Assembly: GCA_036405415.1 (NCBI GenBank)
Contig: DASWXP010000002.1
Location: 48,097-112,096, forward strand
Direction of reading: 5' to 3'
Length of the DNA: 64,000 nt
From: Minisyncoccota bacterium
GTDB lineage: Bacteria > Patescibacteriota > Minisyncoccia > Phycocordibacterales > Phycocordibacteraceae
The notes beneath the pieces are model-generated. The model saw nothing but the letters and a program-made list of their open reading frames with translations. It had not been told where the DNA came from and searched no databases. Position numbers and translations under genes: made by a program. Positions 50,794-59,045 of the stretch are shown piece by piece (position 1 is the first letter of the stretch; each line of letters begins with the position of its first letter).

Positions 50794-51159
50794 ATGCTCT
50801 TGCCTTATCGCAGCACCGGGGCGCCCCATACAGAGAGCACTTCACCCAAGAAGATGCGCATCGAGAATCGTGCCCAGAAGAAGCGCATTGCCAAGTTAGA
50901 AGACTACAGATGTCAGATCTGTAACTGGTCTATGACCTGGACTAACAAGAAAGGAAAAAGCTTCCAGCGTATAGACGTGGATCACATTATCGATAAATCC
51001 AAAGGCGGTGGAGAAGAAGCTTCCAACCTATGGGTGCTCTGCCCTAATTGCCACGTAAAGAAGACACTCGGTGTTATTACGATTGATCCAAAGAAGAAAT
51101 TGATTCAGGAGAATGGCCAGAAGATTGAGCTGCACCATGACTCTCATTTGGGGTGGTAG
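50794..51159 (+). CDS. HNH endonuclease domain, probably N-terminally truncated
   Basis: CQIC ... DVDHII ... GG ... NLWVLCPNCH. Confidence 0.75.
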   Translation: MLLPYRSTGAPHTESTSPKKMRIENRAQKKRIAKLEDYRCQICNWSMTWTNKKGKSFQRIDVDHIIDKSKGGGEEASNLWVLCPNCHVKKTLGVITIDPKKKLIQENGQKIELHHDSHLGW

Positions 51160-51493
51160 TCTTTGGCCACTTTCGTTTAATAGTCTCCTTGCCAAGTTTC
51201 CATAAATCCAATAGCAACGCGCCACTCCAGCCAAGTAATATTCCAATTAAAACCAAAGCCGGAGTTCCTATCATTGGTAGGTAAAGTACCTTTTCAAGTT
51301 GTTCAGGTCTGTCCTCCTTTACCATCTCAACAAAAATCATAAAAACAGGTATTCCCCAAATGGCACTGAATGCTGCATATTCAAACTCTCCAATTTTTTC
51401 TTCGCGCTTTCCTGCAAAGAATCTGTAACTGCAAACAACGCTAAAACCTCCCAAAACTATAAGAAAGTAGTTTAGGACATTTGGGTCGATCAT
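51077..51493 (-). CDS. Small 3-TM membrane protein
   Basis: Three hydrophobic segments; starts 1 nt after the ribA stop. Confidence 0.6.
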   Translation of the reverse strand: MIDPNVLNYFLIVLGGFSVVCSYRFFAGKREEKIGEFEYAAFSAIWGIPVFMIFVEMVKEDRPEQLEKVLYLPMIGTPALVLIGILLGWSGALLLDLWKLGKETIKRKWPKTTTPNESHGAAQSSGHSPESISSLDQS

Positions 51494-51494
51494 A

Positions 51495-52094
51495 TTACCT
51501 GTTGGTTGAGAAGTTGGTCACATTTATATCGTGACCCAACTTATTCTTTTTAGATAGCAGGTACTTCTCAATTTCTGGTGAGATTTCTAGATTGAGTTGA
51601 ATTCTCTCACTTACTTCAAAACCCTCATCAGTAAGCTGCTTTAGCTTCCTGGGGTTGTTGCTAATTAATCTAACTGGACTCGCCAAATGTAATTCTTTAA
51701 GGGCATTAATTGCTCCTGAGTAATCTCGAGGATCAAGATCCAAGCCCAACAACTCAAAAGCATCATGCGTATCGATGTCATGTATTCGTTGCACTTCCAT
51801 TGCTTCAATCTTCCTTTCAATACCGTGACCTCTCCCTTCCTGATACAGGTACACCAGAGCACCGCCCTGTTCAGACATTGATTTTAGGCTTTCTTGTAGC
51901 TGGAGATTGCAATCGCAGTCAACAGAACCAAGACTCTCGCTAAATATGCAGGACGAGTGGAGTCGCACCAGTGGATTAGCTACTTTCTCAACGCCCTCTG
52001 TCCAAAGGAGTAAGCCATGGGAATTAGTATCTCCCCAAGACCGGACCATAAAGCTGCCATACTTTGTAGCCAACGTAGTTTGAGGGTTAGTCAT
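51495..52094 (-). CDS. ribA: GTP cyclohydrolase II
   Basis: VRLHSSC..SE.LGS..CDC, QEGRG.G, SNNPRK, YL..K..KLGH. Confidence 0.92.
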   Translation of the reverse strand: MTNPQTTLATKYGSFMVRSWGDTNSHGLLLWTEGVEKVANPLVRLHSSCIFSESLGSVDCDCNLQLQESLKSMSEQGGALVYLYQEGRGHGIERKIEAMEVQRIHDIDTHDAFELLGLDLDPRDYSGAINALKELHLASPVRLISNNPRKLKQLTDEGFEVSERIQLNLEISPEIEKYLLSKKNKLGHDINVTNFSTNR

Positions 52095-52109
52095 GCTGCA
52101 GATTGGAAA

Positions 52110-52877
52110 CTAGCGTTTCTTCCACGTAATTACATCCCCAACTTTAATACCAAGGTTTCGTGCGCCGAGGGCACGTGCCTGACCTATCTCAAAAAGCCCA
52201 AATGAACTTCCAGGAAACATAGCCCACGCTCCTGTATCAAGAGACATCAATCGAGGTTCATACACTACCTCAAGAGCGTTTCCATTAATGGTGACATCAA
52301 ACACATCGCCAACCTCAACAGGTCCTGGGTCTCCGACAAACTTCATCATGCCAAAGTTATCGATGTGAACTATCGTTCCTTCTGCAAGGTCCATTCGCAC
52401 GATGTCTTTAGGATCAATTGCCTTTCCAAGCTCTGAAAGCGGTACGCCGCGTGCGGCGGCGGCGGCCAGTTTCGCCGTCGTGTACTTTCCAGCGAAGGAA
52501 ATAAAGCCTGCCTTATTATGCTCGGTCAGATCATACAGCTCTGAACATCCGTAGTCTCGTGTGAGCCAATCAAAACTTCCCATATTGCGACCTATGAACA
52601 CGATGCCACCTTTCTCTGTGCGGCCAATCACATTCATGGGCCGAACCTTCTCTGCATTGATGGTCGTCATCAAAACACTATTTTCAGGATACGAATCTGC
52701 CATCAATCGAACAGCAAAGTTTGTATTGATTACTGAGAATTCAGGCTGAATAGGAACAATAGGAGGGACAACGACGTTATCCATGCCTGCCACCTCACGA
52801 ATTAGGACCGCGTAGAGCTCATGTGCGGCTATGTCTATACAGTCCGTAATGTTAACCAGGTATTTGGTGTCAGTCAT
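52110..52877 (-). CDS. SAM-dependent chlorinase/fluorinase/hydroxide adenosyltransferase (DUF62) family, divergent
   Basis: ITD start, YPENSV, FIGRNMG, SFAGK..AKLAAAAARG..LSELG, GTIVHIDNFG, V.VGD. Confidence 0.8.
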   Translation of the reverse strand: MTDTKYLVNITDCIDIAAHELYAVLIREVAGMDNVVVPPIVPIQPEFSVINTNFAVRLMADSYPENSVLMTTINAEKVRPMNVIGRTEKGGIVFIGRNMGSFDWLTRDYGCSELYDLTEHNKAGFISFAGKYTTAKLAAAAARGVPLSELGKAIDPKDIVRMDLAEGTIVHIDNFGMMKFVGDPGPVEVGDVFDVTINGNALEVVYEPRLMSLDTGAWAMFPGSSFGLFEIGQARALGARNLGIKVGDVITWKKR

Positions 52878-52934
52878 TGCCTTAAGAGTAGGCCGGACTT
52901 ATGCATTGTCAACCAAACCCTAGGAATAAGACCG

Positions 52935-53783
52935 CTACTTGCTAAGGGGTCTGGCTATGAACCCAAACTCAAGATTGAATTTTTCGGAAGGATTGCCATC
53001 AAAAAATAGTCTATGCATTTTGCGCGGCTCACTACTATCAAATGACGTGCGTGCATGCAGAGTACGCAAGTTGTCAGTAATAAGTACCTGCCCATGAGTA
53101 AGCCTAAAAGACATGCTGTTCGCACAGTTTTCGAGATAAGTACTAATCTTTTTCATCCCCTCTCGCACCAGCGCATCTTCAGAAGGAATACTTGTTTCGT
53201 CAGATCTGTATCGTATTGATATCCGGTCTCCAACTCTTTGAAGCAGAGCCTGGCACGAATCTTTCCCTGCTCTACTCACACGCAAAGCATTGGGTGCAAA
53301 GAGAGCCCTGGCTACTTCAGCATTATCCTTGACTAGATACTGGTAGATGTCATCACCACTTGCAAGTCGAGTGATGCCACCCTCTGCAGCCGGGGTGTCA
53401 CAGCGAAGCGCTACAGCACGAGGAGGAGTCTGCGCATATGCACCATCTGTATGAAATGAGTGTTCAAGGTTTGAAGTGCCCAAGTAGCCTTGGAAGTCTT
53501 CTGACACTGCGATTTCAGCAATATCATCTTCGTTTGCTCGATCATGCGGCATAGAATTACCGAAAATTTCTTTGAAGCAGAGCAGTTGTTCTCGAGGACT
53601 TTCATCTTGCGAAAACTCTACAACAACGGCCCCGTACCTATTAAAAAGCGTAACGATTTCCTTTGCAGCAGACGGCACGTCTTGAGAAGAACCAACCTTA
53701 ACGAGAATGGATCTCAAGAGAGTGGCTGAATTAAGCACTCCTTGAGTTGGATCTAATTCTCTTTTGCGGCTATTCCAGAACAT
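52935..53783 (-). CDS. TauD/TfdA-family Fe(II)/2-oxoglutarate dioxygenase
   Basis: FHTDG (HxD), GGIT..AS, DNLRTLHARTSF...R. Confidence 0.88.
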   Translation of the reverse strand: MFWNSRKRELDPTQGVLNSATLLRSILVKVGSSQDVPSAAKEIVTLFNRYGAVVVEFSQDESPREQLLCFKEIFGNSMPHDRANEDDIAEIAVSEDFQGYLGTSNLEHSFHTDGAYAQTPPRAVALRCDTPAAEGGITRLASGDDIYQYLVKDNAEVARALFAPNALRVSRAGKDSCQALLQRVGDRISIRYRSDETSIPSEDALVREGMKKISTYLENCANSMSFRLTHGQVLITDNLRTLHARTSFDSSEPRKMHRLFFDGNPSEKFNLEFGFIARPLSK

Positions 53784-53880
53784 GATTAACCCATCCTAGC
53801 TCTGCATTACATAAAAAGGAAATAGTCTTAATTTTACAAACCCCTTTTTCGCAGTTACGCTTACGTACACCAATATCGCC

Positions 53881-54873
53881 ATGACCTATAAACACCCTTC
53901 TCAACCTAGACTTAAAGAAGGTGATCTAGTCCGTGTAGTTTCATTTGGGCTTAGTACCAGGGGTATTACTCCTACCCAGCGAGAACTCTGCATTTCAAAT
54001 CTTGCAAGACTAGGACTGCGTGTTTCCTTTGGAAAGCATGTTGACGAGAGTGATGAATTTGACTCTTCGAGTGTTGAGAGTCGCATAGAAGATTTGCACG
54101 ATGCGCTGATTGATCCTGAAGTGAAGTTAGTACTCTCAAGTCTTGGGGGCATGAATGCTGCTCAAATACTGACTTATGTAGACTGGGAACTACTACGTGC
54201 GAATCCAAAGATGTTTTGTGGGTTTTCAGATATGGCGGCGCTCGTAAACGCAATTCACTCTAAAACAGGACTCGTCACCTATAACGGTCCCTTCTTTGGT
54301 ACATTTGGAATGAAGCAAGGACTGGAATACACACTTGAATCATTTGAGAAATGTCTCTTCACCTCTTCTGTATACCCACTTGAGCCGACAGAAACTTGGA
54401 GTGATGACGCGTGGTGGGCAGACCAAGAAAACAGGACATTTAATAATAATCCTGGCCCTACAGTTCTCAGTGAAGGAGAGGCTTCGGGTCGATTAATCGG
54501 AGGTCACCTTACTTCATTTGCTACCCTTTTTGGAACAGAATTTGCTCCAGATTTCTCTGACTCCATAGTAGCTATCGAAGAAAACTCAGAAATTAACCCA
54601 CGATCTTTCGATAGATTATTGCAAAACCTTGTACACCAAAAGGGCTTCAAAGAGGTCAAGGGCCTTCTTATAGGTAGATTTACTTCTCAGAGTGGAGTTA
54701 CTGACGAGATGCTTACTCGAATAGTTAGAACTTATCCTGAGCTTTCAAGTATTCCGGTAATAGTTAATCTCAGTTTCGGACATACCTACCCTCAGGCAAC
54801 TCTACCAATCGGCGGCAAAGTCCATATGGTTGCTAAAGGAGAGCAGCCTTTAGTAAATATCGTTAGCCATTAG
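53881..54873 (+). CDS. S66 peptidase (MccF/LD-carboxypeptidase family)
   Basis: GFSD (Ser), IEE (Glu), FGHT.P (His); WSDDAWW loop. Confidence 0.92.
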   Translation: MTYKHPSQPRLKEGDLVRVVSFGLSTRGITPTQRELCISNLARLGLRVSFGKHVDESDEFDSSSVESRIEDLHDALIDPEVKLVLSSLGGMNAAQILTYVDWELLRANPKMFCGFSDMAALVNAIHSKTGLVTYNGPFFGTFGMKQGLEYTLESFEKCLFTSSVYPLEPTETWSDDAWWADQENRTFNNNPGPTVLSEGEASGRLIGGHLTSFATLFGTEFAPDFSDSIVAIEENSEINPRSFDRLLQNLVHQKGFKEVKGLLIGRFTSQSGVTDEMLTRIVRTYPELSSIPVIVNLSFGHTYPQATLPIGGKVHMVAKGEQPLVNIVSH

Positions 54874-54887
54874 AGTAAGGAAATCAC

Positions 54888-55277
54888 TTACTCCCCCTTC
54901 ATCCTCGATTCCCTTTTAATCTGCCAATACACTTCCTCGGACCCCGCATCTGTTCCTTCTTCCCTATTCTTAAAAACTTCAGCAGGATACTTGTCACGAA
55001 TCTTCTGGAGTTTTTTCTCGATAATCTCTGCGGTATCAAGTCCAAGCAATACGCTCATATCAAGGCAATAGATTAGGACGTCTGCCAACTCCTTCTTAAT
55101 GGCCTCGATTTTTTCCGTGTCCTCCTTAACTTCTTCAAGACTCGGGTTGGTCCACTGGAACAGTTCCAAAAGCTCGGACGCTTCTATTGAAATAGACTTT
55201 GCGAGATCTCCAGGACGGAGCTGGTCCCAGCCGCGCTCCACAAGATATTGCTTAATTGCGTCCTCCTGTTCCTTCAT
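54888..55277 (-). CDS. MazG-like nucleotide pyrophosphohydrolase
   Basis: ERGW.Q..P.DLA.SISIEASELLELFQW, ELADV, KYP. Confidence 0.9.
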   Translation of the reverse strand: MKEQEDAIKQYLVERGWDQLRPGDLAKSISIEASELLELFQWTNPSLEEVKEDTEKIEAIKKELADVLIYCLDMSVLLGLDTAEIIEKKLQKIRDKYPAEVFKNREEGTDAGSEEVYWQIKRESRMKGE

Positions 55278-55312
55278 ACATACAGCATAGCAAATAGGTA
55301 CAAGGCGGTCTT

Positions 55313-55573
55313 TTAGTCCCGCCTTGCTAGTAGCTCCTTCGCTTCTTCTTCGGTTATGAACTCAAACACCGTGCAGCGGTCAGCCTCCTCGGGAGCACAG
55401 CACCCGCAGGAATAATCGTCTTCCCAAAGGATGTACTCCCCATGATTGTTTCGGAAAAGGTGTTTGCCGTCAGTGTGAAATTCGTACCTCAGGCAATCAC
55501 CACTTTCTGATCCAAGTCTGAACGCGGGATCGTTCCTGCGAGGAACGATAATTCCACAAGTTCCAACTCTCAT
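55313..55573 (-). CDS. Hypothetical protein
   Basis: AAGGA SD; ITEEEAKE C-terminus. Confidence 0.5.
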   Translation of the reverse strand: MRVGTCGIIVPRRNDPAFRLGSESGDCLRYEFHTDGKHLFRNNHGEYILWEDDYSCGCCAPEEADRCTVFEFITEEEAKELLARRD

Positions 55574-55584
55574 GTCCTTGCTCT

Positions 55585-55830
55585 CTAATGCACCGAAGGG
55601 ATAGGGAGATTCACATCTCCAGTTTCTCCATCGTGTTCCTCGTCATCAAGATCTGGAACAAAACCCTCGGAGATTTCAGGTTCATGATTAAGCGGCACGA
55701 TAACTGCCACCGAATCTTGCCCACGATCTATCTCGGGTTCGTCATCTGAATGCTCGAGGTCTGGCAGAAAAGGTCTATTCCCCACCTCGGGCTTTGGGGG
55801 CCTTTTTCGTATCTCAGTCTGATACGGCAT
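55585..55830 (-). CDS. Hypothetical acidic low-complexity protein
   Basis: ORF with GGAG SD, 11 nt upstream of the next ORF. Confidence 0.45.
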   Translation of the reverse strand: MPYQTEIRKRPPKPEVGNRPFLPDLEHSDDEPEIDRGQDSVAVIVPLNHEPEISEGFVPDLDDEEHDGETGDVNLPIPSVH

Positions 55831-55952
55831 GATCCTGGCTCCGTGTTGATGGGATCTTCCTGCAGCTTACGGTATTAGAATCCTTCTGCAATATGTGCTA
55901 GCGTCTGTCCAGATATGCGGCCAATTGCCGTGACCGTTCTTGGAGGTGGCTC

Positions 55953-56528
55953 ATGCCAACCGTCATTCACACCCTGGACGAGGATCGTGGAGACATGGAA
56001 TTCCTCACGTTCAGATTCCAGCTGCCCTATCTTGAGGGCGAGTGCTATGCATTCGCCATCGCGTTAAACCAGGGTCTTGGCTGGCCTCTGGTTGGACTTA
56101 TGAAGGGCGATGAGATCTGGCACGCAGGCGTTCGCGCGCCTAACGGCAAGATCTACGACGCTCGGGGTCCCCTCACGGAAGAAGCGTTCGGTGGCCACTT
56201 CATGCCGCCGCCGCACGTCATTCGCGAGGTCACCGAGGCCGAGCTGCGTGCTACCCGGCCAATTGCTGACTTCTCGGTCCAGCAAGCGCGGCAGTTCGCT
56301 GAAGTAAACTGGCCTGCGCTGCCCTGGCAGGAAAGCCTGGCTTCAAGAATCGAGGCCTTCGCAAGCGATCTGGAGGTCCTTTCTCGGAAGCATGGCTTCT
56401 GGATTGACGGACCCGTTCCTGCCAGTCTGCCGCTCATCATTCCTGGCGAGGGCGATGAAGGAGGCTACGAGCTTCGGCTCACGGTCGACGGCATGAAGTA
56501 CACCATCAATCGCTACCTGCTCAGGTAA
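55953..56528 (+). CDS. Putative papain/transglutaminase-like Cys-His-Asp enzyme
   Basis: GECYAFAIAL...WHAGV...YDARG; GGAGGT SD; terminator at ~56544-56569. Confidence 0.55.
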   Translation: MPTVIHTLDEDRGDMEFLTFRFQLPYLEGECYAFAIALNQGLGWPLVGLMKGDEIWHAGVRAPNGKIYDARGPLTEEAFGGHFMPPPHVIREVTEAELRATRPIADFSVQQARQFAEVNWPALPWQESLASRIEAFASDLEVLSRKHGFWIDGPVPASLPLIIPGEGDEGGYELRLTVDGMKYTINRYLLR

Positions 56529-56574
56529 TTCCCTGAGCAAACCAAGCCCCCGATTGCGGTCGGGGGCTTGCTCT

Positions 56575-57036
56575 TTAAAAGATCGCGACGGTTTCGTATC
56601 CCGTTACGGGAGGATTGTAGTCAGGCGATGCCTCTTCAAACACTCTGCGCTGCACTAGGTACGCCCCATTTGAAGCCACAACCTTATAGTACCTGCCTAG
56701 CCCTGCGTAATAGCAGATGATCATGGTCGAGTCCGGATACACGTCTGAATCTGGCGGCGTGTACTCGTTACAGCTTCCCTCGACGACGTCCACAATCTTT
56801 CGGGCAGTAGATCCGTCAGAATAGTTCGCGGCGATCGCTATCGCTGTCTGAGGGATACCGTCTTTCTCAGAGGCTGTGTAGTCCCACGAGAATCTCGGAT
56901 TGCCTCTGGGAGCAGTCTCCTCAGCAGGACTCTCTTGGACGGTCTCGACCCGAGATTGGTTTATAAGTCCTATCGCAAACGTGATGAGCGCGATGCCAAG
57001 CACGAGCGCAACAAGTATGCCGAGTATCTTTCCCAT
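56575..57036 (-). CDS. Hypothetical membrane-anchored protein
   Basis: N-terminal TM; GSC...CYYAG.G motif. Confidence 0.7.
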   Translation of the reverse strand: MGKILGILVALVLGIALITFAIGLINQSRVETVQESPAEETAPRGNPRFSWDYTASEKDGIPQTAIAIAANYSDGSTARKIVDVVEGSCNEYTPPDSDVYPDSTMIICYYAGLGRYYKVVASNGAYLVQRRVFEEASPDYNPPVTGYETVAIF

Positions 57037-57038
57037 GA

Positions 57039-57941
57039 CTAGTTCTTGTACGCTTCCTCAAGCGTAGCGATATCAATACGCTTCATAGGGAGCATCGCCT
57101 GCGTGATGCGATCGATCTGCTCTTGGGTGCCTTCACGCATCATCTCTTCCATGCGCATCGGAGACGCCTGCCAGGACACGCCGAACTCATCCTTCATCCA
57201 GCCGCATTGCTCAGCCTCAGGTACTGCGGAGAGCTTGTTCATGTAGTAGTCGAGCTCTTCCTGGGAATCGCAGCGGATCAGGAACGAGATGCCTTCCGTA
57301 AAGCCGAACTCGTGCTTGTGTGCACTATCCATCGCGACGAACCACTGCCCTTCGAGCATGAAGTCACTGAACATAACCGTACCTTCCTTGTCCGGCTCCA
57401 TGCCTGCCGGATACCGTGAGATGGCACCCCGCTTCGCGTTCTTAAATACGGATACGTACAGGTCTCCTGCCACTTCTGCTTTGCCGCATACGTCTCCAAC
57501 GAACAGCATGGACGGAATGATGAACGGACGCTCCTCGCCGTCTGGGCTTGTGAGGATGAGCTGCCACGACACGCCAAACTTGTCCTCGATCCATCCGTAC
57601 CATTTGCTGAACGGATATTCGCCGAGCGGCATGAGCGCCTTTCCTCCTTCTGAGAGTTTTGCCCAGAGCGCGTCCAGGTTCGCTTTCGCGTTCGGGTCTC
57701 GGGATGGATCGAAGTTAACCATGAACGAGATGGACGGATTCGTCTTGAAGTACGGTCCTGCGCTTATAGCCATGAACTCGTATCCGGAAAGCGAGAACGT
57801 CAGGAACTCAGCGTCGCTAGACGGCGTGTTGTGGAGCGTCGTTACGTTTGTAATCTTCGAATCAGGAAAGGCTGATACATAGAATTCGGCGGCTTCCTTA
57901 GCCTCTTTATCGAACCAGAGATGCGGGACGATCTTTTGCAT
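57039..57941 (-). CDS. VOC-family protein (PhnB/3-demethylubiquinone-9 3-methyltransferase-like, tandem domains)
   Basis: KIVPHLWFD.EA.EAAEFY, DKFGVSWQ, CGW.KD.FGVSWQ. Confidence 0.9.
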   Translation of the reverse strand: MQKIVPHLWFDKEAKEAAEFYVSAFPDSKITNVTTLHNTPSSDAEFLTFSLSGYEFMAISAGPYFKTNPSISFMVNFDPSRDPNAKANLDALWAKLSEGGKALMPLGEYPFSKWYGWIEDKFGVSWQLILTSPDGEERPFIIPSMLFVGDVCGKAEVAGDLYVSVFKNAKRGAISRYPAGMEPDKEGTVMFSDFMLEGQWFVAMDSAHKHEFGFTEGISFLIRCDSQEELDYYMNKLSAVPEAEQCGWMKDEFGVSWQASPMRMEEMMREGTQEQIDRITQAMLPMKRIDIATLEEAYKN

Positions 57942-58226
57942 GGTATTCAGGATTACTTCCTTCTAGGATACCGCATCGAGCTGAGTTCCGAATGAAGCAA
58001 TATATGCGAAATGCTGTATACTTTAGGGTAGTGGGACCTGAGTATCCCCATCGGCTATTGCAGCCATGCATCCTCGCAAGAGCTGCAGCTTCCTCCATCT
58101 TCGGTAGTTGTCAACGAGGTTAAAGTGACAGCTACTCACGGACCGCTGGTTTCGGCTGGCGGTTTCGCGTTTCTATAGGAAGTAGCGTACTCTATACCCA
58201 TACCCCAGAACGAATCTAATACTCTT

Positions 58227-58340
58227 ATGGTAAAGAACAGCCACGGCGTCAGCTCGAAGAACAATCCGAAGAAGACGCCAAAGACCAAGAAGCGCCTTGC
58301 CGCCAAGCAGGCTCGCAAGGAGGCGCAGCGCGCAAAGTAA
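58227..58340 (+). CDS. Very basic 37-aa protein (not in ORF track)
   Basis: MVKNSHGVSSKNNPKKTPKTKKRLAAKQARKEAQRAK*; AAG/CGC codon bias; terminator follows. Confidence 0.65.
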   Translation: MVKNSHGVSSKNNPKKTPKTKKRLAAKQARKEAQRAK

Positions 58341-58387
58341 AGAAAAAAGCGTCCGGATGTCCGGACGCTCTTTTCTTTATGTACCTC

Positions 58388-58870
58388 TTACTTCTTCTTC
58401 GCAGCAGCCTTCTTCGCAGGCACTTTCTTAGCAGCAGCCTTCGCGGCTACCTTCTTCGCAGGCTTCTTCTCTGCGGAAGCCGTGAGTATGGACGAGTACG
58501 CGGCACTCTCAAGCTTCTCGATGAGCGTATCAAGCTTCCCATGCACCTCGGCGAGCTCGCGCTGGAGCGCGCTAATGCGCGGATCGCTTACTGGAGCCTC
58601 TGGCTTCTGGGAGAACGAGCGCTGAGGAGCGAAGCTGCGCTTCTCGAACGGGCGAGACTCGCGGGAATCGTCACGGACGAAGCAGTCCTTGCAGTACACC
58701 GGCTTCTTGCCGTTAGGACGGAATGGCACGCTGCAGCGCGTACCGCACTTGTTGCACTGCGCATCGAACAGCTCCTTCGAATCACCGTTGCGAGAATCGA
58801 ACGGGCGACCCCCGGACTTGGTAAAAGGACGGCGTGGGCCGTTCGAGTAGTTCTTCTTGAAATCAGGCAT
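58388..58870 (-). CDS. CxxC-x17-CxxC domain protein with histone-like K/A tail
   Basis: CNKC...VPFRP...KPVYCKDCF; C-terminal PAKK/AAKK repeats. Confidence 0.85.
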   Translation of the reverse strand: MPDFKKNYSNGPRRPFTKSGGRPFDSRNGDSKELFDAQCNKCGTRCSVPFRPNGKKPVYCKDCFVRDDSRESRPFEKRSFAPQRSFSQKPEAPVSDPRISALQRELAEVHGKLDTLIEKLESAAYSSILTASAEKKPAKKVAAKAAAKKVPAKKAAAKKK

Positions 58871-59045
58871 GAGTATTGGTTATATCTCCCGCCCGCGATC
58901 CATAAGATGATGTATTTGCGGCTTCGTTGTGAAATGGTCGGCACGAATGCCGGATAAGCCGCAAATAGCTCATCTCATGGAGACAAACCAAAGATACGTT
59001 TAAAATACTATAACTGGGAGCAAAAGTCAAATACACCCAGCGTTC

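Larger units (their letters stand above)
49370..55300. mobile_element. AT-richer horizontally acquired island (boundaries approximate, no integrase seen)
   Basis: Visible shift in base composition and codon usage relative to the GC-rich flanks; HNH fragment and ORF-poor spacer. Confidence 0.7.

Noticed and set aside
57945-58200. Possible RNA element or small ORF upstream of the VOC gene
   Set aside because: Only short weak stems and an unconvincing 63-aa ORF; no promoter-terminator framing I can support.
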